Assembly: GCA_900546085.1 (NCBI GenBank) | Contig: URBS01000001.1 | Span: forward strand, 1 to 58,632 | Length of the DNA stretch: 58,632 nucleotides | Reading direction: 5' to 3' | DNA from: an uncultured Collinsella sp. | Lineage (GTDB): Bacteria > Actinomycetota > Coriobacteriia > Coriobacteriales > Coriobacteriaceae | Shown: one piece after another, positions 1 to 9,600 of the stretch | Layout: the number at the start of each line of letters is the position of its first letter | How positions within the stretch are numbered: the stretch's first letter is position 1 | Translations under genes and position numbers: made by a program | Notes under the pieces: generated by a model | The model's input: only the letters and a program-made list of their open reading frames with translations | Told to the model about the DNA's origin: nothing | Database searches by the model: none

Positions 1-38
1 TGTCGTTGATTAAACTGTTTACGTAACGGAGGACAAAC

Positions 39-668
39 ATGGCAGCTGCACAGCCGCTTAAGATTCGCATGGTTGCCGGACTTGGCAACCCTGGCGAGGA
101 ATATGCCGAAACCCGCCACAACGCTGGCTTTAAGGCAATCGACGAGCTGGCCCGTCAGGCCGGTGTCACGTACTGGAAAAACCAGGCCGGCGCCGAGGTC
201 GCACTCATCAACATCAACGATCCCGAGGAAGAGGGTGGCAAGCGCCAGATCGTGCTGGTCAAGCCGCAGTCGTATATGAATACCTCGGGTGGCCCCATCT
301 CCAAGCTCTGCCGCGAGTACAAGATCAAGGCCGAGGAGCTACTCGTGATTCACGACGAGCTCGACATCCCCGCCGGTGACGTGCGCGTCAAGGTGGGCGG
401 TGGCCACGCCGGGCACAACGGCCTGCGCTCCATCATCGACAAGATGGGCAGCCGCGACTTTAGCCGTATCCGCACCGGCATCGGCAACCCTCCCGGCAAG
501 ATGGCCGTGGCAGACTATGTGCTCAAACAGCTGCGCGCCCGCGAGGCCGATGACTTCCAGGACACCTGCGCCCGCGCCGCCGACGCCGCGGGTCTCGCCA
601 TCGTGCACGGCGTGATCTATGCCCGCGACCACGTCAACGGCGCCGCCTCCGCCAACGGCAAGCACTAA
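39..668 (+). CDS. pth: Peptidyl-tRNA hydrolase
   Basis: Motifs GLGNPG, TRHNAGF, KPQSYMNTSG, HDELD, GGHAGHNGLRSI; GGAGG RBS upstream. Confidence 0.97.
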   Translation: MAAAQPLKIRMVAGLGNPGEEYAETRHNAGFKAIDELARQAGVTYWKNQAGAEVALININDPEEEGGKRQIVLVKPQSYMNTSGGPISKLCREYKIKAEELLVIHDELDIPAGDVRVKVGGGHAGHNGLRSIIDKMGSRDFSRIRTGIGNPPGKMAVADYVLKQLRAREADDFQDTCARAADAAGLAIVHGVIYARDHVNGAASANGKH

Positions 669-669
669 A

Positions 670-869
670 ACCTATCATTTAGGGACAGGTTTATTTTAGC
701 AGGTTTTATCTGCGGAAACGCCCCAGTTGCGGCATCACGATAAACCGCGCGCCGCCATACACGCATAGCACCCCAAAGGGGGCCGGCCTCATCACAACCC
801 GAGGCCGGCCCCCTTTGCCGTTTTGCCTGATAAAACCGACCAAAATAAACCTGTCCCTTTTTGGTAGGT
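670..869. repeat. Pair of ~41-bp inverted repeats (GGGACAGG core) enclosing a terminator-like hairpin; MITE/REPIN-like
   Basis: 670-710 ACCTATCATTTAGGGACAGGTTTATTTTAGCAGGTTTTATC is the imperfect reverse complement of 829-869; a third copy lies at 23246-23288. Confidence 0.75.
776..816 (+). terminator. Probable intrinsic terminator after pth
   Basis: GGGGCCGGCCTC / GAGGCCGGCCCC stem followed by T residues. Confidence 0.6.
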
Positions 870-1042
870 CGAACCGGATAAACCCTTTTCCCACCTGCCG
901 AAGATACACGTAAGCGACATGCCCATGAGGGTATAATTTGTACCGTATGTCTGCACAACGCCTGTGCGCGTACGGTTTTATTCGGGCTACCGTCCATTTC
1001 CGTGGAGGCACGGTTCGGCGGCCCTAACAAGAGAGGGGTTCT

Positions 1043-1882
1043 ATGTATAAGATCCTGGAGAAGACGCAGTTCTCGGAGAAGGTGTTCAAGTTCCGCATCG
1101 AGGCGCCCGCAATCGCCAAGCATGCGCACGCTGGACAGTTCCTCATGGTCCGCGCCAACGAGACGGGCGAGCGCGTCCCGTTTACCCTGGCCGGCTGGAA
1201 CGCTGACGAGGGCTGGGTCGAGTTCATCTTCATGGTGATCGGCAAGACCACCGAGATGCTGTCCACCTACGAGGCCGGCGAGTCGCTGCGCGACGTCGTG
1301 GGCCCGCTGGGCGTTCCCACCGAAATGGCCGAGGGCCCCTGTGCCGTCATTGGCGGCGGCGTCGGCCTGGCAATTGCCTTCCCGGTCGCCAAGCACCTGG
1401 TCGAAACCGGCCACGAGGTGCACGCCATCATGGGCGCCCGCACCAAGGACCTCCTGCTCATGGAGGACCAGTTCCGCGAGCTCCTCGACGAGGACCACAT
1501 CCACATCACCACCGACGACGGCTCCTACGGCGAGCAGGGCGTTGTCACCGCTCCGCTGGAGCGTCTGCTGCAGGACAAGGCCGTGAGCCAGGTCTTCTGC
1601 GTCGGCCCCGTTCCGATGATGAAGTTCTCGACCCTCACCGCCCAGAAGTACGACACCCCCATCACCGCGTCGCTCAACCCCATCATGGTTGACGGCACCG
1701 GCATGTGCGGCTGCTGCCGCGTCGAGGTGGGCGGCGTGACCAAGTTCGCTTGCGTCGACGGCCCCGACTTCGATGCCACCCTGGTCGACTGGGATGACCT
1801 TCGTGCCCGCCAGGCCGCTTACCGTTCCGAAGAGGGCGAGTCCCTCAAGGCCTATGAGGAAAAGAGCTGCGCATGCCACTAG
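1043..1882 (+). CDS. nfnA: NfnA/SudB-like ferredoxin-NADP reductase FAD/NAD-binding subunit
   Basis: AGQFLMVR, ERVPFT, GGGVG, [2Fe-2S] motif DGTGMCGCCRV...ACVDGPDF; overlaps the partner gene. Confidence 0.85.
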   Translation: MYKILEKTQFSEKVFKFRIEAPAIAKHAHAGQFLMVRANETGERVPFTLAGWNADEGWVEFIFMVIGKTTEMLSTYEAGESLRDVVGPLGVPTEMAEGPCAVIGGGVGLAIAFPVAKHLVETGHEVHAIMGARTKDLLLMEDQFRELLDEDHIHITTDDGSYGEQGVVTAPLERLLQDKAVSQVFCVGPVPMMKFSTLTAQKYDTPITASLNPIMVDGTGMCGCCRVEVGGVTKFACVDGPDFDATLVDWDDLRARQAAYRSEEGESLKAYEEKSCACH

Positions 1883-3282
1883 TTAACGGTCGTTTCGTTG
1901 CCGATATGAAGTCGCCCCGCACCCCCGATAACGAGGAGCCGGCTGCCGAGCGCGCCTGCGACTTCCGCCCCGTCGACAAGGGCTTCACCGAGGAGATGGC
2001 GCTGGCCGAGGCCGAGCGCTGCCTCAACTGCAAGAAGCCGTTCTGTGTTGAGGGCTGCCCCGTCAACATCAACATCCCCCGCTTTATCGAGCAGATCCGC
2101 GCGAAGGACTTCGGCGGCGCCCTCGATACCATCCGCGAGGACTCCATGCTTCCCGCCATCTGCGGCCGCGTCTGCCCGCAGGAGAACCAGTGCGAGGGCA
2201 AGTGCATCCGCGGCAAGAAGTCCGAGCCCGTGGCCATCGGCCAGCTCGAGCGCTTCCTGGGTGACCGCCCCGAGCTCGCCTCCACGCCCAAGATGGCCCC
2301 CAAGAACGGCAAGAAGGTCGCCGTCGTCGGCTCCGGCCCGTCCGGCATCACCTGCGCCGGCGAGCTCGCCCGCAACGGCTTTGACGTCACCGTCTTCGAG
2401 GCATTCTTCACCGGCGGCGGCGTGCTGGTCTACGGCATCCCCGAGTTCCGTCTGCCCAAGGCAGTCGTCAAGCGCGAGATCGACGGCCTGGAGGACATGG
2501 GCGTCAAGTTTGAGTACAACTCCGTCGTGGGCAACATGGCCACGGCCGAGGAGCTGTTCGAGCAGGGCTTCGACGCCATCTACGTGGCAACCGGCGCCGG
2601 CCTGCCCAAGTTCCTCAACGTCCCCGGCGAGAACCTGCCCAACGTCTTCTTCGCTAACGAGTACCTCACCCGCGTGAACCTGATGAAGGCCAACAAGTTC
2701 CCCGAGTACGACACCCCCACCAAGCACGGCAAGAACGTCGTCGTCTTTGGTGGCGGCAACGTGGCTATGGACGCCGTCCGTACCGCCAAGCGCCTGGGCG
2801 CCGAGCACGCCATCATCGCCTACCGCCGTACCGAGGACGAGATGCCCTGCCGTCGCGCCGAGCTGCACCATGCTAAGGCCGAGGGCGTCGAGGTTCTGCC
2901 GCTCGTCTCCCCGCTCGAGTTTGTCGCTGGCGAGGACGGCTCCGTGTGCGCTGTCAAGGTCCAGAAGATGGAGCTCGGCGAGCCTGACGAGTCCGGCCGT
3001 CGTCGCCCGGTGCCCATCGAGGGCGCCATCGAGGAGATTCCCTGCGACGTCGCAATCTCGGCTATCGGCACCAACGCCAACCCCTTCGCTGCCAAGATCG
3101 GCGGCAAGATGGAGCTCAACAAGTGGGGCTACATCGTCGCCGACGAGGAGACCGGCCAGACCACCGATCCCCGCATCTGGGCCGGCGGCGACATCGTCAC
3201 CGGTGCCGCTACGGTCATTCTGGCGATGGGTGCCGGCAAGAAGGCCGCCGCTTCGATCACCAAGAGCCTGCTGGGCGAGTAA
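1873..3282 (+). CDS. nfnB: NfnB / glutamate synthase beta-like NADPH oxidoreductase
   Basis: RCLNC..PFC..GCP and CGRVCPQENQCE Fe-S motifs, GSGPSG and GGGNVAMD Rossmann motifs, AGGDIVTG. Confidence 0.85.
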   Translation: MPLVNGRFVADMKSPRTPDNEEPAAERACDFRPVDKGFTEEMALAEAERCLNCKKPFCVEGCPVNINIPRFIEQIRAKDFGGALDTIREDSMLPAICGRVCPQENQCEGKCIRGKKSEPVAIGQLERFLGDRPELASTPKMAPKNGKKVAVVGSGPSGITCAGELARNGFDVTVFEAFFTGGGVLVYGIPEFRLPKAVVKREIDGLEDMGVKFEYNSVVGNMATAEELFEQGFDAIYVATGAGLPKFLNVPGENLPNVFFANEYLTRVNLMKANKFPEYDTPTKHGKNVVVFGGGNVAMDAVRTAKRLGAEHAIIAYRRTEDEMPCRRAELHHAKAEGVEVLPLVSPLEFVAGEDGSVCAVKVQKMELGEPDESGRRRPVPIEGAIEEIPCDVAISAIGTNANPFAAKIGGKMELNKWGYIVADEETGQTTDPRIWAGGDIVTGAATVILAMGAGKKAAASITKSLLGE

Positions 3283-3310
3283 TCACCTGCAGCACTAGCC
3301 ACCAAACGGC

Positions 3311-3348
3311 AAAGTCCCCGTCGAGCACACGCCCGGCGGGGACTTTTT
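3311..3348 (+). terminator. Intrinsic (likely bidirectional) terminator
   Basis: AAAGTCCCCG...CGGGGACTTTTT. Confidence 0.8.
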
Positions 3349-3364
3349 CTATGCCGGCCGCCCG

Positions 3365-3399
3365 ACCACCATAAAGGGGACAGGCACCTTTGTGGTGGT
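3365..3399 (+). repeat. REP-like hairpin family A, copy 1
   Basis: ACCACCATAAAGG-GGACAGGCA-CCTTTGTGGTGGT; further copies at 10399, 13017, 14628, 53780. Confidence 0.85.
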
Positions 3400-3420
3400 T
3401 TTGGACTTGCCCAGTCGTTT

Positions 3421-3640
3421 TGTCTCGATCTGTAACACCTGGAGCCCGTTGAGCCTTGTAGTTGTTACAGATCGAGATATTGCGCCAGCCGCCCCCGCTT
3501 TGTCTCGATCTGTAACAGCTAGAGGCCAAATTCCTCGCTACGTGTTACAGATTGAGACATTAGGTTGGCGGCCGAACAGTTCATCTCAATCTGTAACACC
3601 TGGAGCCCAAATATCTGGCTTGGTGTTACAGATTGAGATC
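3421..3640. repeat. Array of three hairpin units, 17-bp inverted arms with 25-bp loops, period 80-81 bp
   Basis: Left arms (TGTCTCRATCTGTAACA-like) at 3421, 3501, 3582; right arms (TGTTACAGATYGAGA) at 3463, 3543, 3624. Confidence 0.9.
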
Positions 3641-3675
3641 TTGCAAAAGCCGAGGATGGGCGCCGTCGCCAAAAC

Positions 3676-6600
3676 CTAGCGCTTGCGGCGCTTGGTCGCG
3701 GCAATGCCGGCAGCGGCGACAGTTGCGCCGGCGATGCCCAGAGCGGCGACCGTCATCGCGGCGGAGTCACCCGTGCTGGCGAGCTCCGTGCCGCCGGTCT
3801 TCTTGCCGTTCTCGCCCTTACCCTTGGACTTGTCCGTCGTCACCGTGGTCGTCGTCGAAGTCGAACCGCCCGCAGGAGCCCCGGTACCGCCAGAGCCATC
3901 CGCACCGCCACCCTGCTCACCGCTGCCAGGCGTCGGCTTGGGTTCCGGCTTGGGCTCGGGCTCCGGCTTGGGCTCAGGCGCCGCCTCATCGGTCACCGTA
4001 ATCGTAATGTTCAGACGCTCGGAATACTCGCTGTACGACATGCCAGGGCGCTGTGCCGCAATGCGCACATGCATATTGCTATCGAGCGCAATAGGCTCGG
4101 TGTACTTTACGCGGCCTTCGTCGCGGCAGGGGCAGGTGTCGTTGGTGGCGTACCAAATCGTCGTGCCATCCTCGGCCGAAAGCTCCAGCTTCGTGCCCTT
4201 GGGCACCGTAATGTAGTTCTCCTTGGGCGACCATGCACCAAACGTCGTCGCACCAATCGTCGCCACCGGTCGCGCCGGTCGCACTGCCTCGGCAGACACG
4301 CGAACGTCGACCTGCTTGGACAGCGCTGTGCCGTCCACCGCCGCCGTCAGCGTCGTCAAACCGGGCAGAGCACCATGTAGCACAAACGTCGCCGCGCCGT
4401 CCTCGCCCGTCACGGCCTGGGTGGCATCGACAGAGCAGATAGCCGAGGACTCCAGCCCAACACTAACCTTGGCGCCCGCAAACGGCTTGCCCGCCCTATC
4501 GGTCACATGCGCCACCAGCTCAAAATCACTGCCCTCAAGCATGGTCACGGCCTGCTCCACGTTGAGCTTGAGCTTGTCGGCGCGAACGCCCACGACAAGC
4601 TCGCCACTTGCCCAGCGCGCCATGGCCGTGCCGGCGTAGTTGCGAGCACCGTCGAGCTCAAACGCCACCGTCGAGCCCGCCTCACGCGCATCGGCATAGC
4701 GAATACGCAGCACGCGCGACAACGGCTTGCCATTGGGATCGTCCTGCTTGTCGAGCCACGCATACGTCACGTCGCCCAAGCCCTGCGCGTACAATGCGGC
4801 CAGGGCATCGTCGCTCGCATCCATATACTGCGCAAACTCAACCTCGATGCAATCGGTATAGGCATGGGCCGAAGCCACCTCGGGCGCCGCCGTCGACACC
4901 AAGCCAATGTTCACCTCAGTCTGAATCGGCGGCACACGCAGCCAAGCCGAACGCGCCTCCTCATACCCGTCCTTGGTCACGCGCACCTGATACCAGCCGG
5001 TCGGCGTATTCCAGTTGTAAGCACCGTCCGCACCCGTCGCAAGCGGATTGTCCTGCTCATACTCCTCGGCATCCCAACGCACTGCATTGGTACCGGCCGC
5101 ATCGTCGGCGCTCCACAGCTCAACCGTCGCGCCCTCGACCGTATTGGACAGCAGGCCCTCGTACACCACGCCCGCAGGATCGGGTGCGGCCTTGGCGGCC
5201 ACATTGCGATAACGTGCCTCGAAGATCGACTGCATCTTCTCGTCCGAGATCAAGCCGTCCTTGTTGGCGTTATAGACCTCGGCATCGGTCAGCTCGCCCC
5301 AGTTGACCGTAATACGATTCTGGCATGCGCGCTCCACCTGCTCGCAGGCAACATCGTAGGCGCATTCGGCATTGGTCAGCTTAATCGCGCGCTCCGAACC
5401 TACGCTGGTCGAAGCCGCGTCATAGGCAGCGCCCACCACAGTACCCGCCGAACCGGCCGTCAGCACGCCGGCGATTGTCATAATGGAGCCCACCGCCACA
5501 TCGGTGCTGTCGTGGCAGAGTTGGCGATACAGCAGATCCTCAAACGCACGCGCCTTCTCCATGGCGTCACGCAGCGCGTAAATGCACTTCCAGTCATCCT
5601 CGGTCTTCTCGGGCTTGGCAAGCAAGCGCGTATGCTGAAGCTCATAGCCCTCGCGCTCGCCCTTCACCTTCTGCATGCGGACGTTCACGTTCTCCCAGTT
5701 CTTGCTGGCATCGTTCACGCCGTAAATGCCGGTAAAGATGCCGATACCCTGGGTTGCCGAGGGAAACGCCTGTCCGGCTGCCTTCCACGCATCGGTCTTA
5801 AAGACCTGGCCGAACATCTCGCACTCGATCTTATAGCTCTTGAGCGAACGGATCGTGCGGATGAGCTTCATATGGGCGCTCACGTCGCCGTTGCGCTTCC
5901 AAGCCATAAGCCAGCCGCGAATCGTAGAGTTATTGAGGCTATGGACCACATTCCAGTTGTCGTACAGGTTGTCCAGAATGTCGCACTGCATGGCGATCGA
6001 GTTAAACAGAAGCGCCTGGTTCTTGTTGTTATTGGAGTTCTCGATAAACTCCGACTCTATATAGGCCGTCTGCTCGCCATCGGGCGCGGCGACCTTAAAG
6101 CCCTTGACGGTATCGTCGTCAGCCGCCTTGTAGCTCAGCGAGCTGCCGAGCGCCTGGCCCAAATCGTTAAACCCGCTCGTCGACTGGCCGTTGTACTCGC
6201 TGGCCTTAATGCCCGCACACTTGTTGAGCGCCGCAGCGCTTGCGTCATTCCAGCTTCCGTATTGGTTGAGCCGACCGATACCCATCGACTGACCCACCAG
6301 ATCCTCGGCCTGCTGGGCAATAAACTCCGCTCGCGACGCATGGTCGACAAGTTCCTTGATGGCCGCCGCGTCCGCCGCATTTGCACCCTGAGCCGACGCG
6401 AGCTCCTGGTACCAATCCTCGCCGGTGCCATACGCGTCCTCAAAGATCATCTTGTCCACGTTGACGCCATAGCTGTCGCCCTGCTTGGTTAGCAGCGCCG
6501 CCGACCCGCCGACCGCAGCCTTAAGCTCGGCGGCAAACTGCGCGGCCTCGTCGTTGCCAGCATCATCACCCTCGCCGTCGCTGACGGCGAGGGCGCGACG

Positions 6601-9600
6601 AGCCTTGCGGGCAGCTCCACCTTGGGCTTCGTCCTCTTTACCGCCCTTCTCTTCCTCGGCAAACGCATCGGCGACCATCTGATCAATCGCGTCGTTAAAC
6701 GCCTGGTCGACATCATTAAACGAGTTATCCATCATATACTCGTGCCACTGCTGCACGGCATTCGAGAACTCCTGCTGGCGCTCCTCGGCCGCGGCGGAAT
6801 GCTTTTTGGCCGAAGCGTTGGCGTCAAAACTCAGCATGGTCATAAGCTGAGCATTGGAGATGCGGTAGGTCTGCGGCATAAAGATCTGCTCAAAGTTGCC
6901 GCAGTTCACATAGGTCGAGTCATTCGCCTTGTTAAACTCGTCGAGCAGCTTAAGGTAACCCTCGTCCACACACTCCGCTACATAGCGCACATGGGTGCCC
7001 TCGCGCGACTTTTGAGTCAGAGGAATCGTCACCGTCTTGCCATCCACGCAGTCCACGTACAGGTCGAGCGTGTCGGCGGCCTCTTCGTTTCCCACCTCGA
7101 GCGTGATATCGAACGTCCAGTAGGCGTTCTTCTTTTGCGGCAGATGATGGAAGGTCCACAGACTCTTGCCGGTGTCCTTGCCGTCCTTGACCAGGCTTTG
7201 CGTACCGCCACGATACGTCACATCAAAGTTCCAGACCGAAGCGCCCGGAACATAGCGCACATAATTGCGAGCCGTCACCTCTGCGGCAGCGGCGGCAACA
7301 TCGGTCGAGCCCACGCGCGCCTCGAGCATCACGCGCTCGGCGGCAAGCGTATCCTGCGGCAGGTCGTATTCAATCTTGGCACGGCCGAGTTTATTGGTCT
7401 TGCCAGTGTACTTTGCGGCCGAGGCGCCCGCGCCCACGGTAAGCTGCACGCTTTTGCCGGGCGCCGCATAAACGTAGGCCACATTGCCCAGCAGGCTGTG
7501 AACGTCGGTGTTGTCGACCTCGATGCGCGATCCGCTAACCTCGAGCGTGGTGCTTCCCAGCGGCAATGTCACCTCGCCCAGCGTAATAAGCGGCGAGACG
7601 GCATAGATGCCCGCGGCCTTAGGCTTAAAGCGCACAAAAACATCGGCGCCCTTGCCCTTCTTCATATCGAGAACGAGGTTGTCGCCCTCCCACGTCGCGT
7701 CAGTCCACCATGTACGGGAGCTATCACCGGGGTCGCGAGAGCCTGCGGACACATCCTCGACGGCATCCTTTGCCAGCGGAATCTCAATCTTGGCAGTCTG
7801 GCTGTCCTTGAGCTCGTAATGAATGCGCAGCTCGGTCTCCACGCCAACGACCGCGGACGAATCAGCGATAACCGAGCCCGCCGTCAGCCCGCGCTCGGCA
7901 CGATACGTCTCCACGTCAAACGTGGGGACGTCGAGTGTCACGTCGAGCTGTTTGCCGTCCTCAATCTTCACCTGCTTTTGCGCGATATGCTTCCCCACGG
8001 TCAGCCCTAGGCGGCTAAACGTGGAATAGCTCGTCGCCTGGATGTCGTAGCTCGTCTTGTTAAAGGCGACGATGGTGTACGAACCGGCCTTAAGGCGCGG
8101 CGTCTCGGCCTTCATGATAGGCGTGGTGCCATCGTCTTCGTAGCCCATCAGATAGGTGACACCGTCGGCGACTAGCTTGCCGTCGGACGTACGGAACACC
8201 AGCACGCGGTTGGCTCCCTGGTAGTCGCCCTTGGTCGTGACCGTCACCGTACCCCAAGGCTTCAAGTCGATATCGACCTTACCGGCCGAGGGCTTCACCG
8301 TCGCCGTCGCACCACCCAGCTTGAGGCTTTCTTTGGGCTCGAGCGTTATCTCCAGATCCTGGTCCGCGTCGGCAATGGCCTGTGACACCACGAGCGCCGT
8401 ACCCTGGATACGGTAGTCGTTTTCCTTGTCGCCCTTGGCAGGTTTGAGCGTCTTGCCGCCGCTCTTCACCGTCAGATCGATGTTATCGAGACTATCGAGC
8501 TCAATGCGTTCGGTCTTATCCTGGCCCACAATCGGTTCAAGATAGCCCACGTTGAGCTCAATCGCGCGCGAGGCCGGAATCTTGGTAAAGTCCTCCGCCT
8601 TAATCTCTCCGATATTCCATGTGCCCGTCATCTGGTCGCCCGGGCGCGCCAGCACCATGTCATAGTAACCGCTGAGCGAAATGCGCAGGGTGGCTGCTGT
8701 CTTGGAGAGAGCGTCCGCTGTAAAGCTGCCGTCATCGCCAACCGCCAGCGGCGTGGACTGCCCCGCCTGCACGAGTGTAGCCGTCGCGCTCTGGGGAAGT
8801 TTGCCCGTCACCTGGGCCGCCTCGCCCATCCACTCAAACGTGTAGGCAGGCTTCGAGGAATCGACGGAGTCCTTGCGATCGGCCACGGCATCGGCAAGCT
8901 TTTTGACCATCGAGGGGTTGCCAGCCGAATCGGTCGCATAGGCATAGATGGTCTGGCCTTCACTAAAGGGAATCGCATACGTTACGCCATCGATTGTCAC
9001 GCGCTCATTATAGTCGCCCGGATAGCCCGCCTCACCAAACTGAAGATCGGGGTTCATCGCGCGCAGGGCAACGGCATTATGGTTCGTCTCGTTTCCGTAT
9101 CTCGTGTTCTCAAAAGCTCCCCACTCTATCATTTCCACGCTTTTGGGTAGCACAATCTCTTTGCCGGCAATCGCAGGATCAAGAGAGGCGAACGCGAGCG
9201 CCCCGATAGATTTGACGCCATCGCCAATCGTCACCGACGACACAAAGGAGCACCCGTCAAAGGCATAGTGCCCGATCCGCTCCACCGTGCCCGGCACATT
9301 GATCTGCGTAAAGGTGAGTACCGTTGTATCCGAGACATAGAACTGCGGCACGCCGCAATTGGCGAAGGCGCGATAGTCGATAGTCTTAACCGATGGTGGC
9401 AGCGTTGCCACCACATTGTCGTCAAGCTGTTCGCAGCCCTCAAAGGCCTGCTCGGGAATCGTGGTAAAGGCCGCGTTATTGGGCCAGGTCACCGTCTGAA
9501 GTGTCTTGTTTCCGGTAAACGCATTCCAGCCCAACTCCTCAACCGAATCGGGCAGTGCGATTTCCTTGATGCTGCTGCCTCCCAGGCCGCCAACGGTGCG

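Noticed and set aside
938..958. Rex operator upstream of nfnAB
   Set aside because: TTGT...ACAA spacing is 21 bp rather than the 18-bp Rex palindrome and the inner bases do not match.
3421..3640. CRISPR array
   Set aside because: Repeats alternate in orientation, are only 17 bp, loops are partly homologous to each other, and no cas genes are present.
3392..3679. Small ORFs over the hairpin arrays (3392-3679, 10337-10633) with repeated SQSVT/VLQIE peptides
   Set aside because: The peptide repeats simply translate the DNA inverted repeats; no RBS evidence.
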